Source: Proteobacteria bacterium UBA981
GTDB lineage: Bacteria > Pseudomonadota > Gammaproteobacteria > Ga0077536
Assembly: GCA_002292285.1 (NCBI GenBank)
Contig: DBBP01000027.1
Location: 260,472 to 324,471, forward strand
Direction of reading: 5' to 3'
DNA length: 64,000 bases
The notes beneath the pieces were generated by a model, which saw only the letters and a program-made list of their open reading frames with translations, did not search any database and was not told where the DNA came from. Shown in pieces: positions 9,902 through 20,408 of this stretch (its first letter is position 1; the number at the start of each line of letters is the position of its first letter). Both the position numbers and the translations under genes were made by a program.

Positions 9902-11025
9902 GTCGCTGCTGGCGCTTCAGATGTTTCGCGGACCGTGTTGCGTTTCGCACGCACTGCATCAAGGCTGCCTGAGACCGACGGAATGGGCGGCGCCAGTTGC
10001 AGGCCTAACTGCCCGTCGAGTCGTGAGATCAAGCTGCTCACCGCACCGTCTTCGGTGTCGTAGTACGTGTTCAACAGATTGATGGCGAGCGATATGGCAG
10101 CCTGAAAGTTAGCGCTATCGCGCCGCAAAATAGCGAGTCTTGCGCTGGCCAGTTCGAGGCGCAAATTCTGGCGCAGAAAGTAACGTAATTCCGGGTCAAA
10201 CAACACGCTGTCCTCAAGTTCGCCATCCTTGATTTCAACCAGGCTGCGCAGATCCGTCCACAACGCACGCGCAACACCTTGCCAGTTTTCGGCACTTACC
10301 GATTCGGTGCTGGTTTGCGAAAACGACATGTCGAGATCAGCGATGGCGCGAGTCGGTAAGCCATCGACCATGCCCACCGCATTGGCAAGATATATGGCCA
10401 GCCCTTCGGCATCAGGCTGCTTGACTGCCTCTAACGCCGCGATGTCGCGACCCAGCTGCTCGCGCAGGTCGAATACGTCCGGATGCTGCGCGGCGCTGAG
10501 TCGTTGATCGGCCGACCTGAGGGCCGCCGCTGCTGTCGCTACGTCACGTTCGAGCACCAGCCTCTGGCTCGCGGCGAAAATCAGGTACTCGACTTCGGCG
10601 AGCACCCAATCAAGCGAGGTTTGGGTTTGTTTGGCGTACAGGCCACTGACCGCATCGTGCAGTTGCTCTTGCGACTTTCCCAGCTCCTGTAGGGCGGCGG
10701 AAGCGGCCTGTGCTTGCGCGCCGAATGTCTGCACCTGTGCGAGCTGTTGTTCCATTTGCGCTTGTTGCGCCCGCAGCTTTGCGTTGTCTGCAGCGAGCCC
10801 GGCAATGCGGTCGTCTGTGACCCGGTGAGCCGGTTGCGCGATGAATGCTACCCAATAAGCAACGCCACCGATTAACACGATTAGCAGCAATAATGTCCAG
10901 ATACGGCCTGTCCGGCGCGCGGACGCTGGTGCCAGCGAGTCGGCGTCTTCGGTCGTCTGGTCGGCCGCCAATGGGGCCTCTTCGGCACTCACGTCGGGTA
11001 GCGCCTCGTGCTCTTTATCAGTCAT
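9898..11025 (-). CDS. hemX: HemX family membrane protein
   Basis: Acidic N-terminus, single TM helix (WTLLLLIVLIGGVAYWVAF), Gln/Ala-rich coiled coil; ATG overlaps the hemD stop. Confidence 0.75.
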   Translation of the reverse strand: MTDKEHEALPDVSAEEAPLAADQTTEDADSLAPASARRTGRIWTLLLLIVLIGGVAYWVAFIAQPAHRVTDDRIAGLAADNAKLRAQQAQMEQQLAQVQTFGAQAQAASAALQELGKSQEQLHDAVSGLYAKQTQTSLDWVLAEVEYLIFAASQRLVLERDVATAAAALRSADQRLSAAQHPDVFDLREQLGRDIAALEAVKQPDAEGLAIYLANAVGMVDGLPTRAIADLDMSFSQTSTESVSAENWQGVARALWTDLRSLVEIKDGELEDSVLFDPELRYFLRQNLRLELASARLAILRRDSANFQAAISLAINLLNTYYDTEDGAVSSLISRLDGQLGLQLAPPIPSVSGSLDAVRAKRNTVRETSEAPAAT

Positions 11026-11822
11026 GATTCATCCGCAGCCCACAATACCAGTTGCTCGGTTATGCCCTCGTCGGAGGGGTTTTCAACGACAAGTGCGGGG
11101 CGTGTAAAACCGAGCGACTCAACTTCCCGTCCCACCCGTGAACCCACCGCCAGCATCTGCATACGGAAAAGCAGATCCAAGCCCTCGTCTTCTATCTTTT
11201 CAATTAAATTGTGCAGCGATTCTATGCTCGTCGCGAGCCCAACGTCCGGCGATTTTACCCGATGTGCGGCGAGAACCGCGCTTAGCTGAAAATCTGGTTT
11301 GCGACGTTCGTAGCAGGCTTGATATTGCACTTTGGCACCTCGCTTACGCAACGTCTCAGCGAGTAACTCGCGACCGCCGACACCGCGAAAGATAATTATC
11401 TGACGACCATTGACCGCCCGCTCGCTTAAGCCGTCGAGCCGTAACAATCCTTCCGAATTGAAGCCGTCGCCCGGCACGCTGACCTGAGCGATGCCGTGAT
11501 TGGCCAAAGTTGCGGCTGTACCCAGCCCGACCGCATAGACGGCCTTATCGGTCAAACTCACCGCAGTCCCGGCGGCAGAAACGCTTCGCAAGCCATATTC
11601 AACGGCGTTCTTGCTGGAGAAAATCGCGATATCGAAATCCGCTGGTGCTGGCTTGGAGCGGTTGTTTGGATCGCCCGCACTCAGATCTGCGATGACAATC
11701 ATCGGCGCCCGAATGGCGATGCCTCCGCGTTTTTCAATCGCGGTGGCCAAGCCGACGGATTGTTCGATTGGGCGTGTGACCAACACCGAAACACCCGCCA
11801 ACGAGGCCGTTGCAGCGCGCAC
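11022..11822 (-). CDS. hemD: Uroporphyrinogen-III synthase
   Basis: HemD-like sequence (…GVSVLVTRP…); GTG start at 11822, 4 nt downstream of the hemC stop, chosen because the ORF-track start at 12032 lies deep inside hemC. Confidence 0.6.
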   Translation of the reverse strand: MRAATASLAGVSVLVTRPIEQSVGLATAIEKRGGIAIRAPMIVIADLSAGDPNNRSKPAPADFDIAIFSSKNAVEYGLRSVSAAGTAVSLTDKAVYAVGLGTAATLANHGIAQVSVPGDGFNSEGLLRLDGLSERAVNGRQIIIFRGVGGRELLAETLRKRGAKVQYQACYERRKPDFQLSAVLAAHRVKSPDVGLATSIESLHNLIEKIEDEGLDLLFRMQMLAVGSRVGREVESLGFTRPALVVENPSDEGITEQLVLWAADES

Positions 11823-11826
11823 AGGT

Positions 11827-12765
11827 TCAGTCGGGGGCGGACAGTGCCAAAATTCGCCCGGCACCAGCGGCGAGCAGCGTTTCACCGAGCTGTCGGCCGA
11901 TTTGTTTGGCCTGACCACGCGGGCCGACCGCTTCGCGGCGAATAATTTCCTGACCGTCGTGACTGGCCACGAGAGCACGAATTTCGATGGCATCACCGTG
12001 CAGTTGTGCGTGCCCGGCAATCGGGACTTCACAACTCCCGCCGAGGGTACTGTTCATCGCTCGCTCAGCGCCGACGGTGGCATCACTTTGCGGGCAGTGG
12101 AGCGGTGCCAGCAGTGCACCAATCGCACGATCGCCGCGGCGGGTTTCGATACCAATCGCACCCTGCCCGACTGCCGGCAGGACCTCATCGTGGCTGAGCG
12201 CATGACAGCGTGCGTCGAGCAAGCCGAGTCGCTTGAGACCTGCCGCGGCCAGCACGATGGCGTCGAATGCGCCCTCGTCAAGGCGTTGCAAGCGGGTCGG
12301 CACATTGCCGCGCAGGTCACTGATGACGAGATCCGGTCGGCGCGCCAGTAATTGACTGCGCCGGCGCAGGCTGGAAGTACCAACATGACTGCCCGGTGGG
12401 AGATCGCTGAGTGCGAGGCCCGCCATGCTGACCAGCACGTCATCCGGGTTTTCTCGCGCGAGAATGACTGGCATCTCGAATTCTGGCGGTATCTCGGCGG
12501 GCACGTCTTTCATCGAATGTACGGCGATATCAGCCCGCCCATCTAACATCGCAACTTCGAGTTCTTTGATGAACAAACCCTTGCCGCCGATTTTCGCTAG
12601 CGGTTTATCGAGGATTCGATCACCAACTGTAGATAGCGGGACGAGTTCGACGACCAGATCTCGATGGTGAGATTTGAGTAGCGCCGCGACGTGCTCGCTT
12701 TGCCATAGGGCAAGGCGGCTCGCACGGGTGGCAATGCGGATGATGGTCGGAAGCGACTGCGCCAT
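11827..12765 (-). CDS. hemC: Hydroxymethylbilane synthase (porphobilinogen deaminase)
   Basis: Canonical HemC N-terminus …IRIATRASRLALWQSEHVAALL… and full-length similarity. Confidence 0.9.
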   Translation of the reverse strand: MAQSLPTIIRIATRASRLALWQSEHVAALLKSHHRDLVVELVPLSTVGDRILDKPLAKIGGKGLFIKELEVAMLDGRADIAVHSMKDVPAEIPPEFEMPVILARENPDDVLVSMAGLALSDLPPGSHVGTSSLRRRSQLLARRPDLVISDLRGNVPTRLQRLDEGAFDAIVLAAAGLKRLGLLDARCHALSHDEVLPAVGQGAIGIETRRGDRAIGALLAPLHCPQSDATVGAERAMNSTLGGSCEVPIAGHAQLHGDAIEIRALVASHDGQEIIRREAVGPRGQAKQIGRQLGETLLAAGAGRILALSAPD

Positions 12766-12952
12766 CGGCGGTCACACCCGGTGGCGCAGCAAGGCACCAG
12801 CGGCGGGCGCTTTGAGATGAGAGAAAATCGAAGCCTTGAGCGCCATGTTTCGGCTGTGAGGTTCCCGCGCGAGGTAACATTCGGTGCGCAATGCTAGCAG
12901 CTTTTCATGTGGTAAGGTGTGTCCCCGTTAGGTCTCCAATGAGTCGTTACGA

Positions 12953-13909
12953 ATGGCCCGACGCCTAGGCGTAATCATGGATCCCATCGCCGGGATCAAC
13001 CCTAAAAAAGACACCACTCTGGCCTTGTTGCTGGCCGCCCAGCACGAAGGGTTCGAGCTCGTTTACATGGAAATGGCCGACCTGGCCTTGCGTGACGGTC
13101 GCGCGTGCGCCCGCATGCGCGCTTTGCGGGTGATGAACGACCTCACCAACTGGTACGAGCTTGAAGACAGCAGCGAGGAAAACCTGCGGCCGATGGCCGA
13201 GCTCGACTGCGTATTGATGCGCAAAGATCCGCCGTTCGATATGGAGTTCGTGTTCGCGACCTACATGCTCGAACGGGCCCAGAGCGAAGGCACCCTGGTC
13301 GTCAACGATCCGCGCGGTGTACGCGATTCCAGCGAAAAATTGTTTACCGCGTGGTTTGCCGACCTGTGCCCGCCCACGCTGGTCACGCGCACCTACCGCG
13401 ACCTGCGCGGTTTTCTCGAATTGCACCGGGACATTGTCGTCAAACCTCTGGACGGCATGGGCGGTGCATCAATTTTCCGAGTCAGCGCCGGCGACAGTAA
13501 CGCCAGCGTCATCTTTGAAACACTGACCGAGCTACAACAACGTTACTGCATGGCGCAGCGCTACGTACCGGCAATCACCGCAGGCGACAAGCGTATTTTG
13601 ATGGTCGATGGCGAGCCTGTGCCTTACGTGCTCGCCCGCATCCCGGCGCCCGGAGAGTTGCGAGGCAACCTGGCGGCCGGCGGTAGCGGCGTCGCACAGG
13701 CTCTAACGGACACCGACAGGCGCATCTGCGAGCGGGTTGCACCGGAACTCAGAAAGCGCGGCCTGCTGTTTGTTGGTCTGGACGTGATTGGCGACCGCCT
13801 GACTGAAATCAATGTCACTAGCCCCACCTGCGTGCGTGAGATTGAAGCCCAGTTCGATGTCGACATTGGTGCTTTGCTGATGGCGGCAATCAACCGGCGC
13901 CTGGGATAA
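12953..13909 (+). CDS. gshB: Glutathione synthetase
   Basis: …LGVIMDPIAGINPKKDTTLALLLAAQ… and the ATP-grasp C-terminus match GshB. Confidence 0.9.
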   Translation: MARRLGVIMDPIAGINPKKDTTLALLLAAQHEGFELVYMEMADLALRDGRACARMRALRVMNDLTNWYELEDSSEENLRPMAELDCVLMRKDPPFDMEFVFATYMLERAQSEGTLVVNDPRGVRDSSEKLFTAWFADLCPPTLVTRTYRDLRGFLELHRDIVVKPLDGMGGASIFRVSAGDSNASVIFETLTELQQRYCMAQRYVPAITAGDKRILMVDGEPVPYVLARIPAPGELRGNLAAGGSGVAQALTDTDRRICERVAPELRKRGLLFVGLDVIGDRLTEINVTSPTCVREIEAQFDVDIGALLMAAINRRLG

Positions 13910-13952
13910 GCTCGGTCACCGGCCTGCACTGCAACACGCTGCGACCTGCGCC

Positions 13953-14960
13953 ATGACGACTGCCGCGATTCGCCCGAAGATTGGCCCGGACGATCGTCTC
14001 GGGCTGACTATGTTCGTCGCCGTCATCGTGCATACGATGGTAGTTCTGGGCGTTAGTTTCGCGCCCGAACCAATCCCGGAAGCGCGCTTCGAAGCGTTAG
14101 AGATAATCCTCGTTCCAGAAAAATCCGACCGCCCGCCCGACGACGCGGACATGCTCGCCCAAGCCAATCTCCAGGGCGGCGGGGACGCCGAAAAAAGCGA
14201 TCCACCTGCGGCGCCGGTCAAAGCGCCGATTCCGGCCCAGAATGCTGAAATAGCTTCTAGCCCGGCACCCGCAGTTAAGGCCGTGCCGGCACCGATGCCG
14301 ACAATTGCTGAGCCAGCACCGCAAGCGGAAACCTCGCCAGCACCCCCTGCCGCGGGCCTTGCACAAGTCCACAAGCGCCTCGTTGAGGAAGTCACTCAGG
14401 CAGATTTAGCCGTGGCCGACAAACGCCGCGAAGCAAAAGTCGAATCGAGCGCAGTTGAGCAACCGGACGCCGAACCGCTGACCCCTCAAAAGCCGATTGA
14501 TTCACCGCCACTACCCACCGCAGCGCAGCTGTTGACTCGCTCCTTCGCCCTCGCGAGCCTGAACGCCGAATTGCAGCAACGATTGGATTCCAAAGCCAAA
14601 CGCCCGCGGCGCAAATATATTTCTGCGAATACCCGCGAGTATCGCTATGCGGCTTATATGGAGGCGTGGCGGGCCAAAGTTGAGCGCGTCGGCAACATTA
14701 ACTATCCGAACGCAGCGCGCGAGCGGCGACTGTCCGGCAATTTGCTGCTCGATGTTGCGCTCAGTTCTGACGGCGCGGTGAAAGAAATCACCGTACGACG
14801 CTCGTCGGGGCACAAAGTACTCGACGACGCTGCCATTCGCATCGTTGAGCTGGCGTCGCCGTTCGCGCCCTTTCCCGACGAAGTTCTCGAGGAAGTGGAT
14901 GTGCTGCATATCACCCGCACCTGGAAGTTTGTAAACAACCAGGACTTCAAAGCAAACTAA
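13953..14960 (+). CDS. TonB-family energy transducer (TonB3-like)
   Basis: N-terminal TM anchor, Pro/Ala-rich spacer, C-terminal TonB domain (…YPNAARERRLSGNLLLDVALSSDGAV…); same position as Pseudomonas tonB3 between gshB and algH. Confidence 0.75.
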   Translation: MTTAAIRPKIGPDDRLGLTMFVAVIVHTMVVLGVSFAPEPIPEARFEALEIILVPEKSDRPPDDADMLAQANLQGGGDAEKSDPPAAPVKAPIPAQNAEIASSPAPAVKAVPAPMPTIAEPAPQAETSPAPPAAGLAQVHKRLVEEVTQADLAVADKRREAKVESSAVEQPDAEPLTPQKPIDSPPLPTAAQLLTRSFALASLNAELQQRLDSKAKRPRRKYISANTREYRYAAYMEAWRAKVERVGNINYPNAARERRLSGNLLLDVALSSDGAVKEITVRRSSGHKVLDDAAIRIVELASPFAPFPDEVLEEVDVLHITRTWKFVNNQDFKAN

Positions 14961-15003
14961 GCTGGACCTTGAATCTGACCAATCGGGCAGGAATACTGGC
15001 CGC

Positions 15004-15561
15004 ATGAGCTTCGACCTCACCAACCAGTTTCTGATCGCGATGCCGACTTTGCTCGATCAGAATTTTGAGCAGACCGTCACCTATGTGTGCCTGCATAACG
15101 ACGAGGGTGCCATTGGCATCGTCATCAATCGTCCGCTGCAACTGCAACTTGGAGAAGTCTTGAAGCAGATGGATCTGAATGCCGACTCGGACGAGATTGC
15201 TGACCAAGTTGTCTATCATGGCGGCCCGGTGCACGGCGATCGTGGTTTTATATTGCATCGCCCGGCCCGCGAATGGGATTCAACGATCAAAGTGACCGAC
15301 GATGTGGCAGTGACAACCTCGCGGGACGTACTCGAAGCGATGTCTGCTGGCGAAGGACCACGCGAAAGCCTCGTCGCGCTCGGCTACGCCGGCTGGACGG
15401 GTGGTCAATTGGAACAGGAGATTGCCGCCAACGCGTGGCTTAGCGGTCCGGCCGACCTCAGCATCATATTCGCGACGCCGGCTGCACAACGCTGGCAGCG
15501 CGCGGCAGACTTGATCGGCATCGACATCAGCGCGATTTCGCACGATGTCGGCCACGCCTGA
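15004..15561 (+). CDS. algH: YqgE/AlgH family protein (UPF0301)
   Basis: …NQFLIAMPTLLDQNFEQTVTYVCLHNDEGAIGIVINRP…. Confidence 0.85.
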   Translation: MSFDLTNQFLIAMPTLLDQNFEQTVTYVCLHNDEGAIGIVINRPLQLQLGEVLKQMDLNADSDEIADQVVYHGGPVHGDRGFILHRPAREWDSTIKVTDDVAVTTSRDVLEAMSAGEGPRESLVALGYAGWTGGQLEQEIAANAWLSGPADLSIIFATPAAQRWQRAADLIGIDISAISHDVGHA

Positions 15562-15973
15562 CCGGTCCTGCGCGCTGATTGCGCTGGGATTCGATTTCGG
15601 ACTGCGACGCATCGGCGCGGCGGTCGGTCAGCAGATCAGCGGCACCGCTCAGGCACTCGAAACGATTGCCGTAAACAATCTCAGGCCGGATTGGGATGCC
15701 ATTACCAGCCTGGTCGAGGTTTGGCAGCCGGACCTATTTGTGCTCGGTCGGCCGCAACACGAGGATGGGAGCGACACAACACTCGGGCGGGCGATCGATA
15801 AATTTGCACGCCGCCTGCAGGGTCGATATCACAAACCCGTTTCGTATATAGATGAACGACTGTCATCATATGCAGCACTTAATGACGGCACTGAAGTGCG
15901 ACGTAGCGGTCTTGATGCCGTAGCCGCACGGATTATTCTTGAAACCTGGCTAGCTGAAAACGCCCCCAAGTGA
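15545..15973 (+). CDS. ruvX: Holliday-junction resolvase-like nuclease YqgF/RuvX
   Basis: …ALGFDFGLRRIGAAVGQ… RNase H-like YqgF motif; ATG at 15545 overlaps the algH 3' end. Confidence 0.85.
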   Translation: MSATPDRSCALIALGFDFGLRRIGAAVGQQISGTAQALETIAVNNLRPDWDAITSLVEVWQPDLFVLGRPQHEDGSDTTLGRAIDKFARRLQGRYHKPVSYIDERLSSYAALNDGTEVRRSGLDAVAARIILETWLAENAPK

Positions 15974-16497
15974 AAGCAACCATGGCAGACATTGCCGAGA
16001 TAAACGTCGACACGTTGATTACGGATATTGCGTCTCGTGTCGCCGAACGAATCGAATCCCACGGACTAGCCGATCCTGCAATTATTGGTATCCGTACGGG
16101 TGGCGTGTGGTTGGCGGAGCGTTTGCAGACGCTGCTTGGTATGACGGGACCTGTGGGTGAACTGAATATTGCGTTTTACCGCGACGACTTCAGCCGCATC
16201 GGTATTCATCCGACGGTGGAGCCCTCGCAACTTCCTTTTGCGATCGATGATCGCGATCTGCTCCTGGTCGACGATATTTTGTTCACCGGCCGGACGATTC
16301 GGGCAGCGATGAACGAGATATTCGATTACGGCCGTCCACGCTCGATCACGCTAATCGTTTTAGCCGACCGAAGTGGTCGTGAATTACCCATCGACGCGAA
16401 CATTTACGGCACGCGAATCACGCTCGAGCCCGACCAGCATGTTAAACTCCTCGGGCCCGATCCATTGCGACTCGAGATTTGCGCGACCAAGCCCTGA
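15970..16497 (+). CDS. pyrR: Bifunctional pyrimidine regulatory protein PyrR / uracil phosphoribosyltransferase
   Basis: PRTase motif [17 protein letters not shown] and overall PyrR similarity. Confidence 0.9.
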   Translation: MKATMADIAEINVDTLITDIASRVAERIESHGLADPAIIGIRTGGVWLAERLQTLLGMTGPVGELNIAFYRDDFSRIGIHPTVEPSQLPFAIDDRDLLLVDDILFTGRTIRAAMNEIFDYGRPRSITLIVLADRSGRELPIDANIYGTRITLEPDQHVKLLGPDPLRLEICATKP

Positions 16498-16576
16498 ACA
16501 CCTGGACGCTCACCGTCCGCCGCTCCATCGCGGCGCCGCCGCGCTTTCCTATTTTCGAATCCGCGGACCGTCCAGG

Positions 16577-17545
16577 GTGATTTCACACGACGACATACAA
16601 GTCGACGACAACGGCCGATTGCGGCATTTCCTGTCGATAGAACATTTACCGCGCGAGCTGTTGGTAGAAATCCTCGACCATGCAGAGGGATTTGCTGTCG
16701 TCGGCGACCGGGCAGTGAAAAAAGTACCGTTGCTGCGCGGCAAGACGGTGGTCAATCTTTTTTTCGAGCCGAGTACCCGCACACGCACCACCTTTGAGCT
16801 CGCAGCCAAACGTCTGTCTGCGGACGTCCTCAATCTCAGCATTGAAGCGAGCGCGACGCGTAAAGGCGAGTCGCTCGCCGACACCCTCAGCACGCTCGAG
16901 GCAATGCAGGCGGACATGTTCGTGGTGCGGCACCAGGATAGCGGCGCACCCGAGTTTATTGCGCGCCAGGTGGCGGCCGGCATCAGTGTCATTAACGCGG
17001 GCGACGGCAGCCACGCGCATCCGACCCAGGCGATGCTCGACATGTTTACGATTCGGCGCCACAAGGCGCGGTTCGAAGGCCTGATCGTCGCCATTGTCGG
17101 CGACATCGCGCATTCGCGCGTCGCGCGTTCAGAAATTCATGCATTAAAGACGCTCGGAGTTGAACAAATTCGTGTCGTCGGACCACGCACACTGCTACCA
17201 GCGGACGTTGAGCAACTCGGGGTCAAGGTCTTTAACTCTTTCGACAGCGGCATCGATCAGGCGGATGTCGTGATCATGTTGCGCCTGCAGCAAGAACGCA
17301 TGCAAAGCGCTCTGCTGCCGAGCGGACACGAGTATTTCCATACTTACGGCCTTACGCCTGCCCGCCTCAAGCGCGCGGCGCGCGATGCCATCGTGATGCA
17401 CCCCGGCCCGATTAATCGCGGTATCGAAATCGACTCTACGGTAGCCGACGGTCCGCAGTCGGTGATTTTGCAGCAAGTTACTCATGGCATTGCCGTGCGC
17501 ATGGCAGTGATGTCGATGACCATGGGGTCGCACGTCCCAGCATGA
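16577..17545 (+). CDS. pyrB: Aspartate carbamoyltransferase catalytic subunit
   Basis: …[17 protein letters not shown]…STRTR…HPTQAMLD… ATCase motifs; ORF-track start (16373) lies inside pyrR, so the in-frame GTG at 16577 is proposed; start uncertain. Confidence 0.8.
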   Translation: MISHDDIQVDDNGRLRHFLSIEHLPRELLVEILDHAEGFAVVGDRAVKKVPLLRGKTVVNLFFEPSTRTRTTFELAAKRLSADVLNLSIEASATRKGESLADTLSTLEAMQADMFVVRHQDSGAPEFIARQVAAGISVINAGDGSHAHPTQAMLDMFTIRRHKARFEGLIVAIVGDIAHSRVARSEIHALKTLGVEQIRVVGPRTLLPADVEQLGVKVFNSFDSGIDQADVVIMLRLQQERMQSALLPSGHEYFHTYGLTPARLKRAARDAIVMHPGPINRGIEIDSTVADGPQSVILQQVTHGIAVRMAVMSMTMGSHVPA

Positions 17546-18822
17546 AACTACGCATCACAGGCGGCCGCGTCATTGATCCGGAAAATCACCGCGACGAGGT
17601 GGTAGACCTGTGGATCGATGGAGACCGGATCGTTGGCGTCGGACGCAAGCCAGGTGGCTTCGCTGCGACTCGTGAGATTGACGCCTCAGGACAGTTGGTC
17701 TGCCCCGGATTTGTCGAGCTCGGCGCGCGCCTGCGTGAACCCGGAGCGGAGCACAAGGCCACCATTGCGAGCGAATTGCGTGCGGCGGCGAGCAGTGGTT
17801 TCACCACCGTGTGCTGCACGCCGGACACCGATCCGGTTATCGATACGCCGGCAGTCGTTGAGCTTGTTAGCCAGCACGCGCGCAACGTGCGGGGCGCTCG
17901 GGTGCGCTGTATCGGTGCACTGACCCGCGATTTGGACGGCGAGATTCTGGCAGAGATGCAAGCGCTGAAAGAGATCGGCTGTGTCGGGGTGTCGAATGCC
18001 GGTCGCGCGATCAGGGATACCAGCGTGTTACGCAATGCGTTGGCCTACGCCGCGACGCTCGATTTACTCGTGCTGCTGGATGCCGAAGATCCGTGGCTCG
18101 GTGCGCGCGGCGTCATGCATGAGGGCGCTGCCAGCACCCGCGCGGGTCTGCCCGGGGTGCCGGCGGCGGCCGAGTTGATCGGACTCGCGCGGGATCTGGC
18201 GGTCGTCGAGCAAACCGGTGTGCGGGCCCATTTCAGAACGCTGTCTGCGCGCCAATCAACAGCGCAAATTCGCCAGGCGCGACGCCTCGGTCTGACGGTC
18301 AGCTGCGACGTCGGCATTGCGCATCTTTACCTGTCCGATAACGACGTCGCTAATTTCGATTCGGCGCATCATGTGCGCCCGCCATTCCGCAGTGAACGTG
18401 ATCGTAACGGTCTGCGCAAAGCACTCGCGCGCGGATCGATCAACGCCCTGTCTGCGCATCACGAACCGCACGACGCAGACGCCAAAGCGGCACCATTTGC
18501 GACTAGTGCGGCGGGTATATCCGGTCTCGATACCTACGTGCCCTTACTGCTTGGGTTGGTCGAAAACGGCGACCTCGATCTCACCGGGGCGATTCGCGCA
18601 GCAGCGGTTGAACCGGCACGCATCGTTGGGCTTGAGAGCGCAGCTCTCGGCGTGGGGGCGATCGCGGATATCTGCGTTATCGATCCACAGCGTGAATGGC
18701 AGGTCGACGAAACTTCGCTCGTCAGTCAGGGTAAAAATACTCCTTTTATTGGCCGCACTATGCGCGGCCAGGTCTCCACCACCCTGGTTGGCGGTCGCGT
18801 TGTGTTTGAACGTCGGCGCTGA
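17542..18822 (+). CDS. Dihydroorotase-like protein (PyrC', predicted non-catalytic)
   Basis: ATGA coupling to pyrB; amidohydrolase fold, but the metal-binding His-x-His region reads [13 protein letters not shown]. Confidence 0.75.
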   Translation: MKLRITGGRVIDPENHRDEVVDLWIDGDRIVGVGRKPGGFAATREIDASGQLVCPGFVELGARLREPGAEHKATIASELRAAASSGFTTVCCTPDTDPVIDTPAVVELVSQHARNVRGARVRCIGALTRDLDGEILAEMQALKEIGCVGVSNAGRAIRDTSVLRNALAYAATLDLLVLLDAEDPWLGARGVMHEGAASTRAGLPGVPAAAELIGLARDLAVVEQTGVRAHFRTLSARQSTAQIRQARRLGLTVSCDVGIAHLYLSDNDVANFDSAHHVRPPFRSERDRNGLRKALARGSINALSAHHEPHDADAKAAPFATSAAGISGLDTYVPLLLGLVENGDLDLTGAIRAAAVEPARIVGLESAALGVGAIADICVIDPQREWQVDETSLVSQGKNTPFIGRTMRGQVSTTLVGGRVVFERRR

Positions 18823-18823
18823 C

Positions 18824-19744
18824 ATGGCAGGACAATCCAACCCTGCTTCAATGCCCACCAGCGGCGTCAAGCCCAACGCACATCGCGGCACCATCAAGTA
18901 CGCTAACGGCACCATCCTCAACATCGATCGCCACGATGGTGCTCAGGTCGTGATGCGCATCGAGTGCCCGCCACTTGCGACCCACGCGCGAGCTGGCTCA
19001 TTCGTCCATCTGCAATGTGATGACGAACTCGCGATGCGCAGGCCAATGTCTGTCATGCGTGCTTCCCCGCGAGACGGTTGGTTCGACATGCTATTCAAAG
19101 TGCACGGCCACGGCACAGCGCGCCTGGCAAACCGACAGGTTGGTGATGTTGTCAGCGTGCTGGGGCCGATTGGACGACCGTTTAGGGCGAAAGATTATCG
19201 CCCGCGGCCATTGCTAATCGGCGGTGGCGTTGGCATCCCGCCAATGATTTTTCTCGCCGAGTCGATGCGCAGTTTGCGACCCCAGGTCGAACCGCTCGTG
19301 TTGATGGGTTCTGAGGTGCCATTTCCGTTTCGCGCCCGACCGTCACAGATTATGCTGCCGGGGCTGCCCGCAGACACCATTGCAGCGATGCCACTACTCG
19401 ATGATTGGGGCATCGCTTCCCGGCTGGCGAGTACCCAGGGCTATGCTGGGTGCTTTGATGGTTTGGTGACCGAGCTAGCGCGTCAGATCGTAGAAAATTC
19501 GCCCGAGCGTGGCGATTTCGAGATATTTGCCTGTGGTCCAACGCCGATGCTACGCGCGGTACAGTCTCTCGCGCTGGCGTTGGGAATTCCCGCGCAGTTG
19601 TCTCTGGAAGAGTTCATGGCGTGCGCGGTGGGGGGCTGCGCCGGGTGCACAGTTCGGGTCAACACACCGGCCGGCCCGGCCATGAAAAGGGTCTGTGTCG
19701 ACGGACCTGTATTCGAAGCCGAGCAAATTGTCTTCCCTGGATAG
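18824..19744 (+). CDS. PyrK-like FAD/NAD(P)-binding oxidoreductase with C-terminal [2Fe-2S] motif
   Basis: ATG 2 nt after the pyrC' stop; RRPMS (RxYS-type FAD motif), GGGVGIPP, C-terminal CAVGGCAGC…C cluster; the upstream part of the 475-aa ORF overlaps pyrC' and was rejected. Confidence 0.65.
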   Translation: MAGQSNPASMPTSGVKPNAHRGTIKYANGTILNIDRHDGAQVVMRIECPPLATHARAGSFVHLQCDDELAMRRPMSVMRASPRDGWFDMLFKVHGHGTARLANRQVGDVVSVLGPIGRPFRAKDYRPRPLLIGGGVGIPPMIFLAESMRSLRPQVEPLVLMGSEVPFPFRARPSQIMLPGLPADTIAAMPLLDDWGIASRLASTQGYAGCFDGLVTELARQIVENSPERGDFEIFACGPTPMLRAVQSLALALGIPAQLSLEEFMACAVGGCAGCTVRVNTPAGPAMKRVCVDGPVFEAEQIVFPG

Positions 19745-20408
19745 TTCGCCTGCGCGCGGCGTTTCGTCGAACCAACTTACTCCCCATCCGCGCTTGGCCG
19801 AAGTGCTGACGCGTCACCGCAACACGCCTTTCCGACGCCCCATCGCCGCCCATGCCGTACGGCCATTGGAAAAACTGAGTGCCGCACTGGATGCACACGG
19901 TGGACCACTGATTCTCGACAGTGGGTGCGGCACGGGCGAGTCTACGTTCGTGCTCGCCGAGCGTTATCCGCTCGCGTTGGTCGCCGGGATCGACAAAAGT
20001 ACCGCGCGTCTGGATATCGCGCACAAGCGCGCCACGCCGCGCGCGAATATGATTTTTTTGCGCCTGGATTTATGTGATCTTTTTGCGCATGGAGCGGCGG
20101 CAGGTTGGCATGTTGAGCGCCACTATCTGTTGTATCCGAACCCGTGGCCGAAGCAGCATCAACTGATGCGTCGTTGGCACGCGCATCCGGTTTTGCCAAG
20201 CATGCTGGAACTGGGTGGTGAGATTGAGTTACGCACGAACTGGCGAATCTACGCCGAAGAGTTCGCGTTTAGTCTCGACTTTCTGAGCAACTCGCCCGCA
20301 AGCGTTCAGGCATGGACACCCACCCACCCCGAGACGGCCTTCGAGCGCAAGTACCGGGCCAGTGGGCAGCCGCTTTACCGCGTTTGCGCTTCGGTCAGGC
20401 GGTCGTAA
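19695..20408 (+). CDS. TrmB-family tRNA (guanine-N7)-methyltransferase-like protein
   Basis: …LYPNPWPKQHQLMRRW…RTNWRIYAEEF…AFERKY… align with TrmB motifs; start uncertain because it overlaps the previous gene's 3' end. Confidence 0.55.
   Translation: MSTDLYSKPSKLSSLDSSPARGVSSNQLTPHPRLAEVLTRHRNTPFRRPIAAHAVRPLEKLSAALDAHGGPLILDSGCGTGESTFVLAERYPLALVAGIDKSTARLDIAHKRATPRANMIFLRLDLCDLFAHGAAAGWHVERHYLLYPNPWPKQHQLMRRWHAHPVLPSMLELGGEIELRTNWRIYAEEFAFSLDFLSNSPASVQAWTPTHPETAFERKYRASGQPLYRVCASVRRS

Noticed and set aside
11823-12032. Longer hemD ORF start at 12032
   Set aside because: It would overlap hemC by about 200 nt in another frame. A GTG start 4 nt downstream of the hemC stop fits the tightly coupled hemCDXY pattern.
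16545-16580. TTCGAATCC T-loop-like motif in the pyrR-pyrB spacer (a possible tRNA 3' half or PyrR-binding RNA loop)
   Set aside because: The flanks cannot form a T-stem or acceptor stem and there is no CCA context. The resemblance to the Gram-positive PyrR binding loop (UCCNGNGAGG) is only partial, and attenuation is not expected in this lineage.
18317-18823. Upstream 169 codons of the 475-aa ORF 18317..19744
   Set aside because: They overlap pyrC' in another frame and show no protein-like conservation. The real PyrK-like gene starts at the ATG at 18824, 2 nt after the pyrC' stop.
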